DNA of 64,000 nucleotides, from contig CBDASK010000003.1 in NCBI GenBank assembly GCA_965199495.1, positions 704,001-768,000 on the forward strand, read 5' to 3'. The DNA comes from Abditibacterium sp. GTDB taxonomy: Bacteria > Armatimonadota > Abditibacteriia > Abditibacteriales > Abditibacteriaceae. The position numbers and the translations under genes were made by a program. The notes under the pieces were generated by a model, which worked only from the letters and a program-made list of their open reading frames with translations, was not told the DNA's origin and searched no databases. Position 1 is the first letter of the stretch. Each line of letters begins with the position of its first letter. Positions 28,332-37,019 of this stretch are shown one piece after another.

Positions 28332-29336
28332 TTAATTTTTCAGCCCCTGCGCACAAAACTCGGCATCGAAGGGCTGACCGGACTTGAGCACGCCATAGGC
28401 CAACACCAGCAACTTGCGCATCGCAGCACCCAAGATCAGCATTTTACACTTGCCAGCCTGGGTCAAACGTTGCTTCAACTCGCTAATCACGGGATTGCAG
28501 CGCAGTGCCGTCATCGCCGGATAAAAGAGCGCTTTGCGCAGACGCGGCGAACCGACCTTAGACAGGCGCGGCTTGCCGCGCACGCTCGAACCCGATTCGC
28601 GCAAACACGGCGCTAATCCGGCAAACGCCGCGACCTGGCGCGCGTTCTCGAACTGCGCGATCTCGCCCAACTCGGCCAGGATCAATGCGGCTGTGGCCGC
28701 AGCGATGCCAGGAATCGAGCAGAGCAAACGCACGGATTCGTTCAACTCAGGATGCGCCTGGATGTGCTCTTTGATCTGGTCTTTGGTCGCCCCGATCTCC
28801 CGTTCGAGATAGTCGATGTGAGAGCGCAACGAGTGTTGAACGACCTCACAGGAGGTCACTTCCAGGCGGTTGGCTTCCATCTGCTTCATCTCCTGGAGCG
28901 TCTCGATGCGGCGCACCAGAGCTTGCAGATGCTCGATCTCCGGCGCGGGCGCCTTCCAGGGCGCGGGCCGGTGCAAAGCGCAAAAGCGGGCGATGAGTTG
29001 CGCATCGGCTTTGTCGGTTTTGGTGCGCTTGAGCTGGCTTTTGGCAAAGGCACGCACGGCAGCGGGGTTCACAACCGAGACAAGATGCCCGGCTTGGTGG
29101 AGCGCGCGCGCAAGGGCATCGCCGTAGATGCCGGTGGCTTCTAAACACGCGTGAAGCGTGGGCGCGGATGTGGGCGCTTCTGCACTGGTAGAAGGCAGCT
29201 CTTGCAACCAGTCGAGCAGAAGTTGATGGCCTTGCTCTGTGTTGGCGAAGACTTTGTGGCGCGTTTTGGCGGCGTCTGGGGTGGACAGAAACGCGGCATC
29301 GAGAGTCGCTTTGGAAACGTCTATTCCTAAAAACAT
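28332..29336 (-). CDS. IS110 family transposase (bridge recombinase)
   Basis: DEDD residues in GIDVSK, LEATG and KTDKAD; SIPGI; AFAGLAP..RESGSS (catalytic Ser); GAGGAG SD upstream of ATG at 29336. Confidence 0.95.
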   Translation of the reverse strand: MFLGIDVSKATLDAAFLSTPDAAKTRHKVFANTEQGHQLLLDWLQELPSTSAEAPTSAPTLHACLEATGIYGDALARALHQAGHLVSVVNPAAVRAFAKSQLKRTKTDKADAQLIARFCALHRPAPWKAPAPEIEHLQALVRRIETLQEMKQMEANRLEVTSCEVVQHSLRSHIDYLEREIGATKDQIKEHIQAHPELNESVRLLCSIPGIAAATAALILAELGEIAQFENARQVAAFAGLAPCLRESGSSVRGKPRLSKVGSPRLRKALFYPAMTALRCNPVISELKQRLTQAGKCKMLILGAAMRKLLVLAYGVLKSGQPFDAEFCAQGLKN

Positions 29337-29368
29337 GAGATTCTCCTCAAACAAAGGGAAACCGAGGG

Positions 29369-29547
29369 GTTCTTGTTTTTATCTTGCAGCCAGCCTTGTC
29401 AATGCGAACTCTGTTGCAAGTCACAACTCGCAACGGCTCAAGATACTGTCCGGCTTGAAAAGACAAAAAAGAACAGGGACAAGAGGCGCAATTCTATCCA
29501 ACAGCTTGCAAGCAGCTCAGGCTCTTATCGGCGTCACTCTTGCCCCT
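29369..29547 (-). ncRNA. Bridge RNA with target-binding and donor-binding loops
   Basis: Stem AGGGGCAAGAG/CTCTTGTCCCT encloses TAAGAGCCT and GGATAG (target guides). A second stem encloses ACAGTATCT and ACAAG (donor guides) around the hairpin GTTGCGAGT-TGTG-ACTTGCAAC. Confidence 0.85.
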
Positions 29548-29566
29548 ACTATTAACATACAAGGCT

Positions 29567-29623
29567 CTTAATCAAAGTTTCATCAAAATCTAATCGAACG
29601 TTAATTTACCCGGCTTAACATTG
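29567..29623 (+). promoter_or_regulatory. Putative Pho box array upstream of pstS
   Basis: CTTAATC, TTTCATC, TCTAATC, GTTAATT at exact 11-bp spacing (29567, 29578, 29589, 29600), then GGCTTAACATTG. Confidence 0.6.
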
Positions 29624-29648
29624 AAGTCGCTTCTTTAAGCGACTTCCA

Positions 29649-30683
29649 ATGAACAAATCTTTCTTTTCGGGCGCATCGTTGCGCCAGCGTCTTTTAACGA
29701 CCGGTGCCGTTGCGCTTACTCTGCCGTTTTTGGCACCCACCGCTCAGGCGCAAAACCTGAATGGCGCGGGCGCGACTTTTCCGGTCGCGATTTACACCAA
29801 GTGGTTCGATGTCTACGCCAAACAGACTGGCGTGCAAATCAATTATCAAGCGGTTGGTTCGGGCGCGGGCATCAAACAGCTCAAAGCCAACACGGTAGAT
29901 TTCGCCGGTTCAGACGCGCCGCTTTCCAACGCCGATCTGGCCGGAATGCCCGGCAAAGTCCTGCAAATCCCGACGGTCGCCGGTTCGGTCGCCGTGGCTT
30001 ATAACGTGAAAGGTCTGGGTTCGGGCTTGAGGTTGAGCGGCCCGGTGTTAGCCGATATTTTCGCGGGCAAAATCACCAAATGGAATGCGCCGCAAATCGC
30101 CGCGCTCAACGCGGGCAGAGCGCTTCCAGCGACCGGCATCAGCATCGCGCACCGCGCCGATGGTTCAGGCACCACCAATATTTTCACCTCTTATTTGAGC
30201 GCGGTTTCTCCTTCGTGGAAAGCGCAATTGGGCGCGGGCAAAACCGTGAGCTGGCCCGTCGGATTGGGTGGTAAAGGCAATGATGGAGTTGCCGCGATTA
30301 TCAAGCAGGGCAACGGCACCGTCGGCTATGTCGAACTGGCTTACGCTTCGCAAAACCATTTGACGGTCGCCGCGATGCGCAATAAATCGGGCAAATTCGT
30401 GATGCCATCGGTCGCCGCGACGACCGCCGCCGCGCAGGGCGCCGCCAAAGCCACCGCCAAAGACCCGCGCGCGCCGATCTTCAATCAGGGCGGCAACGCG
30501 TATCCTATCGCGGGCTACACATTTTTGATGTATTACGCGGGCAACAAAAATACCGCCAACGGCAAACAGCTCACTCGTTTTCTCAACTGGGCGATGGGTT
30601 CGGGCCAAAATTACGCCGCCGGTTTGCTTTATGCGCCCCTCCCCAAAGCCGTCGTCGCGAGCAACAAAAGCCGTCTGCGTTAA
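29649..30683 (+). CDS. pstS: Phosphate ABC transporter substrate-binding protein (Sec signal peptide)
   Basis: GAGATFP, GSGAGI, DFAGSD, HRADGSGTT, GKGNDGV, YAPLP. Confidence 0.95.
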   Translation: MNKSFFSGASLRQRLLTTGAVALTLPFLAPTAQAQNLNGAGATFPVAIYTKWFDVYAKQTGVQINYQAVGSGAGIKQLKANTVDFAGSDAPLSNADLAGMPGKVLQIPTVAGSVAVAYNVKGLGSGLRLSGPVLADIFAGKITKWNAPQIAALNAGRALPATGISIAHRADGSGTTNIFTSYLSAVSPSWKAQLGAGKTVSWPVGLGGKGNDGVAAIIKQGNGTVGYVELAYASQNHLTVAAMRNKSGKFVMPSVAATTAAAQGAAKATAKDPRAPIFNQGGNAYPIAGYTFLMYYAGNKNTANGKQLTRFLNWAMGSGQNYAAGLLYAPLPKAVVASNKSRLR

Positions 30684-30694
30684 TTAATTGATGC

Positions 30695-30732
30695 AAAAAT
30701 GCCCCACGAGCCGAAGTTCGCGGGGTATTTTT
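30695..30732 (+). terminator. Hairpin terminator or stabiliser after the first pstS
   Basis: aaaaaTGCCCCACGAGC-cgaa-GTTCGCGGGGTAttttt. Confidence 0.65.
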
Positions 30733-30778
30733 GTTTCTGTATTGAGCAAAAATGGCTTTTGATCCGCATCAATTAAAA

Positions 30779-30806
30779 CGGGCTTAACATTGCGGGCTTA
30801 ACATTG
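30779..30806 (+). promoter_or_regulatory. Tandem 14-bp repeat CGGGCTTAACATTG upstream of the second pstS
   Basis: Two exact copies; the same core GGCTTAACATTG occurs at 29612-29623 before the first pstS. Confidence 0.55.
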
Positions 30807-30861
30807 TGTTGTCTCCCTGTGGTTCGCGGCGAAAATGTCGTCCGAACTTTTTAAAATCAAC

Positions 30862-31911
30862 ATGAAAAATATGCTATCTTTGAGCGTCGCCGGACTTGCG
30901 CTCTCCTTTGCTCTGGTCGGTTGCGGCGGCAAATCAGCCACCGGCACGACGGGCGCCGCGTCGAGCGTCAAACTCAACGCGGCGGGCGCGACGTTCCCCT
31001 ACCAAATTTACACAAAATGGTTCGACGATTATAAAACCAAAACCGGCGTCGAGATCAATTATCAATCGGTCGGTTCGGGCGCGGGCATCAAACAGCTCAA
31101 AGCCCAGACGGTGGATTTCGCCGGTTCCGATGCGCCGCTCAAAGACAAAGATATGAAAGAGATGCCGTCGGAAGTCGTGCAATTTCCGTCGGTTGGCGGC
31201 GCGGTCGTCGTGGCTTATAGCGTCAAGGGCGCGCCCGCCGATTTGAAGTTGGACGGGCCAACTGTTGCCAAGATTTTCATGGGCACCATTACCAAATGGA
31301 ACGATCCGGCCATCGCCGCCGATAATCCCGGCGCGACATTGCCCGCGACGAGCATCAACACCGCGCACCGCTCCGATGGTTCGGGCACCACCAACATTTT
31401 CACGACTTATCTGTCGCAGATTTCGCCCGAATGGAAAGGCAAACTGGGCGCGGGCAAAACCGTGGATTGGCCCGTTGGCGTCGGCGGCAAAGGCAACGAT
31501 GGCGTCACCAGCGCCATTCAGCAGGGCGACGGCGGCATCGGTTATATCGAGCTGGCCTACGCGATGCAAAATAAACTCAACGTCGCTTCGGTCAAAAACG
31601 CGGCGGGCAAATTCGTCAAACCTTCGGTCGAGACCACGACGAGCGCCATCGAAGGCGCCCTCCCGCTCGTGCAAAAGGACATCACCGCGCCGATTTCCAA
31701 CGCGCCCGGCGACGCGGCTTACCCGATTTCGGCGCTGACCTACCTGCTGGTTTATAAGAAAGGTCAAAACCCGGATCAGACCAAAGCGACGGCTGACTTC
31801 CTGAAATGGGCGATGACCGACGGCCAGCCCGAAGCCGCCAAATTGAATTACGCGCCGCTTCCTAAAGCCCTCGTTGACATCAACATGAAAGCGATTGCTG
31901 AATTAAAATAA
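30862..31911 (+). CDS. pstS: Phosphate ABC transporter substrate-binding lipoprotein
   Basis: Lipobox LVGC; AGATFP, DFAGSD, HRSDGSGTT. Start could be at 30835. Confidence 0.93.
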   Translation: MKNMLSLSVAGLALSFALVGCGGKSATGTTGAASSVKLNAAGATFPYQIYTKWFDDYKTKTGVEINYQSVGSGAGIKQLKAQTVDFAGSDAPLKDKDMKEMPSEVVQFPSVGGAVVVAYSVKGAPADLKLDGPTVAKIFMGTITKWNDPAIAADNPGATLPATSINTAHRSDGSGTTNIFTTYLSQISPEWKGKLGAGKTVDWPVGVGGKGNDGVTSAIQQGDGGIGYIELAYAMQNKLNVASVKNAAGKFVKPSVETTTSAIEGALPLVQKDITAPISNAPGDAAYPISALTYLLVYKKGQNPDQTKATADFLKWAMTDGQPEAAKLNYAPLPKALVDINMKAIAELK

Positions 31912-31918
31912 AGTTTTT

Positions 31919-32012
31919 GTAGAGACACCGACTTGTCGTGTCTAAAACGTCAGATTTGCCTTTACGGCCAAGCAAGTTCGACATTTTAGACACGACAAGT
32001 CGGTGTCTCTAC
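31919..32012. repeat. REPIN-like hairpin (GTAGAGACACCGACTTGTCGTGTCTA arms)
   Basis: Perfect inverted arms; identical arms at 39404-39490. Confidence 0.88.
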
Positions 32013-32035
32013 GATTTGTGTCCCCACCATCCCCA

Positions 32036-33040
32036 ATGGTCGCCTCCCCTAACTCTCCCAAACGTTCGCTCAAGCAACGCACTTCGTTTTTCGACGCGCG
32101 TTTCGGCGACGGATTATTCTACTGGTCAACGCTCGGCTTCGCTTTTGTGGTGCTTTTGCTGGTGGCGTGGCTGGGCTGGCAACTCTACTCTGCCGCCGCG
32201 CCTTCGGTTCACAAATTCGGCCTCAACTTCCTGACTTCATCAGTCTGGAAATCCGCCGACGATCCCAAAGCGCCCGACACCTACGGCGCGTGGCCCTATA
32301 TTTATGGCACGCTGATGTCGTCGTTTTTGGCTTTGCTTTTGGCGGTGCCGGTTGGCCTTGGCACGGCGATATTTTTAGCCGAACTCGCGCCCAAATCCAT
32401 CCGCACGCCGCTTTCGTTTTTAGTCGAATTGCTGGCGGCGGTTCCCAGCGTTGTCTATGGATTGTGGGGCCGATTGGTGATGATCCCGTTTCTGTTACCA
32501 TTGCAAGAGTGGCTTTACAATTCGGGCAGCAAAGCGCCGCTCGTTGGCAAGTTGTTCAGTTCGTCGCCCCAGGGCGGGCAGTCCATGTTGATGGGCGGCT
32601 TGATTTTGGCGATTATGATTTTGCCGTTTATCACGGCGGTTTCGCGCGAAGTCATTAAAGCCGTGCCGCCCACGCAGCGCGAGGCGGCGTTTGGCTTGGG
32701 CGCGACGCACTGGGAAGCGATCAAAGGCCCGGTTTTGCGGGCCGCGCGTTCGGGCATTATCGGCGCGATTATTCTGGGTTTGGCGCGCGCACTGGGCGAA
32801 ACGATGGCGATTACGATGGTGATTGGCAACGGCGATAACGCCAACATTTCACTGCTTTCGCCCGCCAACACGATTTCATCGAAATTAGCGTTGCAATTCG
32901 CCGAAGCCGACGGTTTGCAATACACCGCGCTGATGTATCTGGCCTTAGTTCTATTCGGTATCACCATTATCGTCAACGCGTTCGCCCGCTTGTTAATTTG
33001 GAACATGGCGCGCTCCAACGGAGGTAGCGCGAGAGCGTAA
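32036..33040 (+). CDS. pstC: Phosphate ABC transporter permease PstC
   Basis: ELLAAVPSVVYGLWG, EAAFGLGAT, RALGETMA. Confidence 0.95.
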   Translation: MVASPNSPKRSLKQRTSFFDARFGDGLFYWSTLGFAFVVLLLVAWLGWQLYSAAAPSVHKFGLNFLTSSVWKSADDPKAPDTYGAWPYIYGTLMSSFLALLLAVPVGLGTAIFLAELAPKSIRTPLSFLVELLAAVPSVVYGLWGRLVMIPFLLPLQEWLYNSGSKAPLVGKLFSSSPQGGQSMLMGGLILAIMILPFITAVSREVIKAVPPTQREAAFGLGATHWEAIKGPVLRAARSGIIGAIILGLARALGETMAITMVIGNGDNANISLLSPANTISSKLALQFAEADGLQYTALMYLALVLFGITIIVNAFARLLIWNMARSNGGSARA

Positions 33041-33043
33041 ATC

Positions 33044-33952
33044 ATGGCGTCATTTTCTCCCACCGCGCCCGATGCGCGCCCAATATCCTCCGGCGTGGCT
33101 CCTTTGCCGCCGATGTCGCGTTCCCTCGTGCGGCGCCGCAAAACATCGAATATCGCGATGCAATCGTTGTGTGGATTCGCCACATTTTTGGCGATTATCC
33201 CGCTGATTTTGGTGATTTCCTATATCGTCGTCAAAGGCTTGGCGGTGATGAACCTCGACTTTTTCACGCAGGTGCAAAAGCCCGCCAGCGACATGGGCGG
33301 CGGCATGAAACACTCCATCGTCGGCACGCTGATGATGGTCGGTCTGGCGTGCGGCATCGGTTTGCCGTTTGGCATCCTGGGCGGCATTTATCTGTCCGAG
33401 TTCGGCGGCAATCGCATGGGTTTCGCGATCCGATTCGCGGCGGATGTGCTGAACGGCGTGCCCTCAATTATCATCGGTTTGTTCGTCTACGCCATCGCGG
33501 TTTTACCATTCAAGCATTTTTCGGCGTGGGCGGGCGGTCTGGCGCTGGGCATCATGATGATTCCCACGATTATGCGCACGACCGAGGAAATCGTGCGTTT
33601 GGTGCCGATGTCTTTGCGCGAAGGCGCTTTGGCGTTGGGCGATACGCGTTGGCATTCGGTGTTTGTAATTGTGCTGGCCTCGGCCAAAGGCGGCGTCGTG
33701 ACGGGAGTGTTGCTGGCGATTGCCCGTATTTCGGGCGAGACCGCGCCGCTTTTGTTCACCGCGCTTTCCAACAACTTCTACAACACCGACCCGTCGCGCC
33801 CGACGGCATCGCTGCCCGTCACGATTTATCAGTTCGCGACTTCGCCTTCGGACAACTGGCAAGCCCTCGCGTGGGGTGGCGCCTTGGTTCTGGTTGCGCT
33901 GATTTTCGTCTTGTCCATCGCCGCACGCTACTTCACGCGCTCGAAAAATTGA
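33044..33952 (+). CDS. pstA: Phosphate ABC transporter permease PstA
   Basis: GVPSIIIGLF, REGALALG, ARISGETAPLLFT. Confidence 0.95.
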   Translation: MASFSPTAPDARPISSGVAPLPPMSRSLVRRRKTSNIAMQSLCGFATFLAIIPLILVISYIVVKGLAVMNLDFFTQVQKPASDMGGGMKHSIVGTLMMVGLACGIGLPFGILGGIYLSEFGGNRMGFAIRFAADVLNGVPSIIIGLFVYAIAVLPFKHFSAWAGGLALGIMMIPTIMRTTEEIVRLVPMSLREGALALGDTRWHSVFVIVLASAKGGVVTGVLLAIARISGETAPLLFTALSNNFYNTDPSRPTASLPVTIYQFATSPSDNWQALAWGGALVLVALIFVLSIAARYFTRSKN

Positions 33953-34004
33953 ACAAATTCGGTTAAAATGAAACGCGAGCCATCAACTCGCCCAATGGTT
34001 CAAC

Positions 34005-34934
34005 ATGACTTTTTCTACCGCGACTTCGGTCGCAAATCCCGGCGCAACGCCCGCAACTCCAATGGCCGAATCTCCTCCCAAACGTTCCACCGATGGCCCT
34101 GCCGATGCCAACGCACAAGCAGCCACCGCCGAGCATCTGCTGCCCAAACCCGCGCACTCGGCGCCGCTTGATCTTGACGCTCCCGTCAAAATGTCGGCGC
34201 GCAACGTTGATCTGTTTTACGGCCCGAAACAGGCGCTCAAAAAAGTCGGTGCCGACTTCACCGAGCGCTCGATTACGGCGCTCATCGGCCCGTCGGGTTG
34301 CGGCAAATCCACGTTTTTGCGCTGTCTCAATCGCATGAACGATTTGATTGACGGTTGCAAAATTTCCGGCGAAGTTTGTCTGGACGGCGAGAACATCTAC
34401 CAACGCGGCATTGACGTGGTGCAACTGCGCCAGCGCGTCGGCATGGTTTTCCAAAAACCCAACCCGTTCCCGATGTCCATTTGGGACAACATCGCTTACG
34501 GCCCACGATTGCGCGGCATCAGGAACAAAAGCGATTTGAACCAAATCGTCGAAGAATCGCTGATCGGCGCCGCATTGTGGAACGAAGTCAAAGACGATTT
34601 GAAGAAATCCGCGCTGGGCTTATCAGGCGGACAGCAGCAGCGATTGTGCATCGCGCGCACGATGGCCACGCGCCCCGAAGTGATTTTGATGGACGAGCCA
34701 TGTTCAGCGCTCGACCCGATTTCGACGCTCAAAGTCGAAGAATTGATGCGCGAACTGCGCGCGCATTACACGCTGATTATTGTGACGCACAACATGCAGC
34801 AGGCCGCGCGTTGCTCGGATCGAACCGCGTTCTTTTTGCTGGGCGAATTGGTCGAAATTGACGCCTCGGCCAAGATGTTCACCACGCCAACCGACAAACG
34901 CACCGAAGATTACATTACCGGACGCTTTGGATAA
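34005..34934 (+). CDS. pstB: Phosphate ABC transporter ATPase PstB
   Basis: [42 protein letters not shown]. Confidence 0.97.
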   Translation: MTFSTATSVANPGATPATPMAESPPKRSTDGPADANAQAATAEHLLPKPAHSAPLDLDAPVKMSARNVDLFYGPKQALKKVGADFTERSITALIGPSGCGKSTFLRCLNRMNDLIDGCKISGEVCLDGENIYQRGIDVVQLRQRVGMVFQKPNPFPMSIWDNIAYGPRLRGIRNKSDLNQIVEESLIGAALWNEVKDDLKKSALGLSGGQQQRLCIARTMATRPEVILMDEPCSALDPISTLKVEELMRELRAHYTLIIVTHNMQQAARCSDRTAFFLLGELVEIDASAKMFTTPTDKRTEDYITGRFG

Positions 34935-35045
34935 GTTATGGGAACAAGGGACAAGTGTCAGGGAACAAGAGAAAGTATTCTCGCACTTCGATTTTCTTTC
35001 CTTGTTCCTTTTCCCTTGCTCCTTGCTCCTTGTCCCTTTGAAACC

Positions 35046-35798
35046 ATGATTATCCGCCACAACTTCGAGGAACAGCTCGCCGATATGCAATCGGACTTGC
35101 TGCGTCTGGGCCGCTTCGTGCAAGAGGCGCACGGCAAAGCGATGGACGCGCTGATGCGCGGCGATTTGCCCCTCTCCAAACAAGTCATCAGCGACGACGA
35201 CTTCGCCGACGATATGACATTTGGCATTCAAGCACGCGCCACACAATTGTTAGCCTTGCAACAACCGATGGCGCGCGACCTGCGTTTCGTCGCTGCGTGC
35301 CTGAAAATCGTGATTGATCTGGAGCGCATCGGCGATCACGCTTCGGACATCGCCAAAGTCACGCGCGCGATGGCGGGTCAGAGCTTCGGGCGCCCGCCAG
35401 TTGACCTCAATCAACTTTCGATGATGGCGCGCCAGATGGTAGACGACGCTTTGGGCGCCTTCGTGCAGCACGACATCAAAGCCGCCGTGCAAGTCGCGCG
35501 CGACGACGACGCCGTTGACGAACTGTGCGATCAAGTCGAGCAAGAGATGATGAACCTGATGCGCTCCGATTCCTCGCGCGTCGAACAAGCCACAAAATTA
35601 TTACTCGTCGCGCACGCCTTAGAGCGCGTGGCTGATCACGCCACCAACATCGCCGAACAGGTTTATTACGTCGAAACCGGCGAAATGCGCCCCCTCGCGC
35701 GCGAAGAACATAATCACGCCTTATTTACCTCGTTAGGCATTGACGAAGCGACATGGCGCCGCAATAAATCGGTTTCGGAAGACGATGACGAAGATTAA
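35046..35798 (+). CDS. phoU: Phosphate signalling protein PhoU
   Basis: QQPMARDLR, DLERIGDHA, LERVADHATNIAE. Confidence 0.95.
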   Translation: MIIRHNFEEQLADMQSDLLRLGRFVQEAHGKAMDALMRGDLPLSKQVISDDDFADDMTFGIQARATQLLALQQPMARDLRFVAACLKIVIDLERIGDHASDIAKVTRAMAGQSFGRPPVDLNQLSMMARQMVDDALGAFVQHDIKAAVQVARDDDAVDELCDQVEQEMMNLMRSDSSRVEQATKLLLVAHALERVADHATNIAEQVYYVETGEMRPLAREEHNHALFTSLGIDEATWRRNKSVSEDDDED

Positions 35799-35810
35799 TT
35801 CCGTAACATT

Positions 35811-35848
35811 AAAAGGCGTCCGATGTGGATTACATTGGACGCCTTTTT
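35811..35848 (+). terminator. Intrinsic terminator of the pst-phoU operon
   Basis: aaaaGGCGTCCGATGT-ggatt-ACATTGGACGCCttttt. Confidence 0.8.
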
Positions 35849-36161
35849 CGTTTTGTGCAACAAATCGCAGAAAATATAGCCCTTTCTAATGCTGAGACTA
35901 CAAAGTGAAAGCGGAAACGAGGTTGCCGCTGCGGATGTCATCTTGATTTTTCACGCGCACAATTTAATTGTAGCGCGCGTGTTATTCTATCACTAACAAG
36001 ACAGAGTTGGCATTGTCAATATCTTTCAAAAACGGCACACTTCCTTCCATTCGCTACAAGTTATAATTAGCAGATTCTGGCACAAAAATTGTTGTCAAGC
36101 GTTTAGTCTCTATAACTTCTGTTGATATTCTCAGATTTGTGGCTTTATATCCGTCGTTCCC

Positions 36162-36518
36162 ATGAAGAATAACATTGTCAGTTCCCCCTCTTCCCCAGCG
36201 CGTGCAGGGCAAAAACGCTCAGCGTCGTCCGAAGTCAAGGGCGCCAAAATCATTCGCTGTGGTTATTGCGAAAATACCTTTTCAGCCGTTCCGCGCAACG
36301 CCATTTGCCTCAAATGTAAGCGCCCGGCCAACAAACCGTTGTCGTGGCCCCAAAGAGTGTTGTGCCTGATGATTTTTCCCATCGGCCTACTTCAAGCGAT
36401 TTTGCTCCGCACTTCACGCCCCTACGCTTCGGCGCAAGCCCTGCTGTTTTCCCTTCTCGGCGCCCTCCTTTGCGCGGCAATTTATTATTCGTTTTACACG
36501 AAGTTGATTCAAATTTAA
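36162..36518 (+). CDS. Small zinc-ribbon membrane protein
   Basis: CGYC...CLKC followed by two hydrophobic helices. Confidence 0.6.
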   Translation: MKNNIVSSPSSPARAGQKRSASSEVKGAKIIRCGYCENTFSAVPRNAICLKCKRPANKPLSWPQRVLCLMIFPIGLLQAILLRTSRPYASAQALLFSLLGALLCAAIYYSFYTKLIQI

Positions 36519-36994
36519 AACCTCAAGCGCGCGGCAAAAATGCCGATAATCACAAACGTGCAAATCACTTCGACGACCATTGCCAACAGGTAGCCGACCA
36601 AGTAGCCGCCGCCCGCGCGCAGCACGCCTTTCCATTCGCGCAGACGCTGCCATTCGACAACAACAATCGCCGCGACCGAACCGATGAGCATGCCGGGCAA
36701 ACTGAACAAAACCAGCCCGACCAATCCACCAAACAGAGCGGCGACTTGGCTCCACGCCGAAGCGCCGCCCTTTTTCGCGCCCAGATGGCTCATCCACCCA
36801 TCCGCCGTGGCTCCTATCAGCGCGATGACGAGCATCAAACCGAGCCAAAACGGCGAGATTTTCTCCCAGTCGGTTTGCCAGCCGTAATAAAGCGCGCCCA
36901 GCCACGCCAAAGGCGGCCCCGGCAAAATCGGCACGAAACAGCCGACAAGTCCGGCAACCATCAACACAGTCGGAATAATTAAATTTTCGTCCAT
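36515..36994 (-). CDS. DUF456 (YqgC-like) membrane protein
   Basis: GCFVPILPGPPL and GAKKGGAS motifs. Confidence 0.8.
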   Translation of the reverse strand: MDENLIIPTVLMVAGLVGCFVPILPGPPLAWLGALYYGWQTDWEKISPFWLGLMLVIALIGATADGWMSHLGAKKGGASAWSQVAALFGGLVGLVLFSLPGMLIGSVAAIVVVEWQRLREWKGVLRAGGGYLVGYLLAMVVEVICTFVIIGIFAARLRF

Positions 36995-37019
36995 GAAAAA
37001 AGGATAGCGAATGTCGAGG

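Larger units (their letters stand above)
28300..29563 (-). mobile_element. Complete IS110-family (IS621-like) insertion sequence
   Basis: CT core at both ends on the minus strand (28300-28301 and 29562-29563). Right end ACAGTAT|CT, left end CT|TGTAT. Long non-coding left end, short right end, no terminal IRs. Confidence 0.92.

Noticed and set aside
35850..36160. ncRNA or small ORF in the AT-rich gap after phoU
   Set aside because: Only a short hairpin and promoter-like AT tracts; no recognisable RNA motif or convincing ORF.
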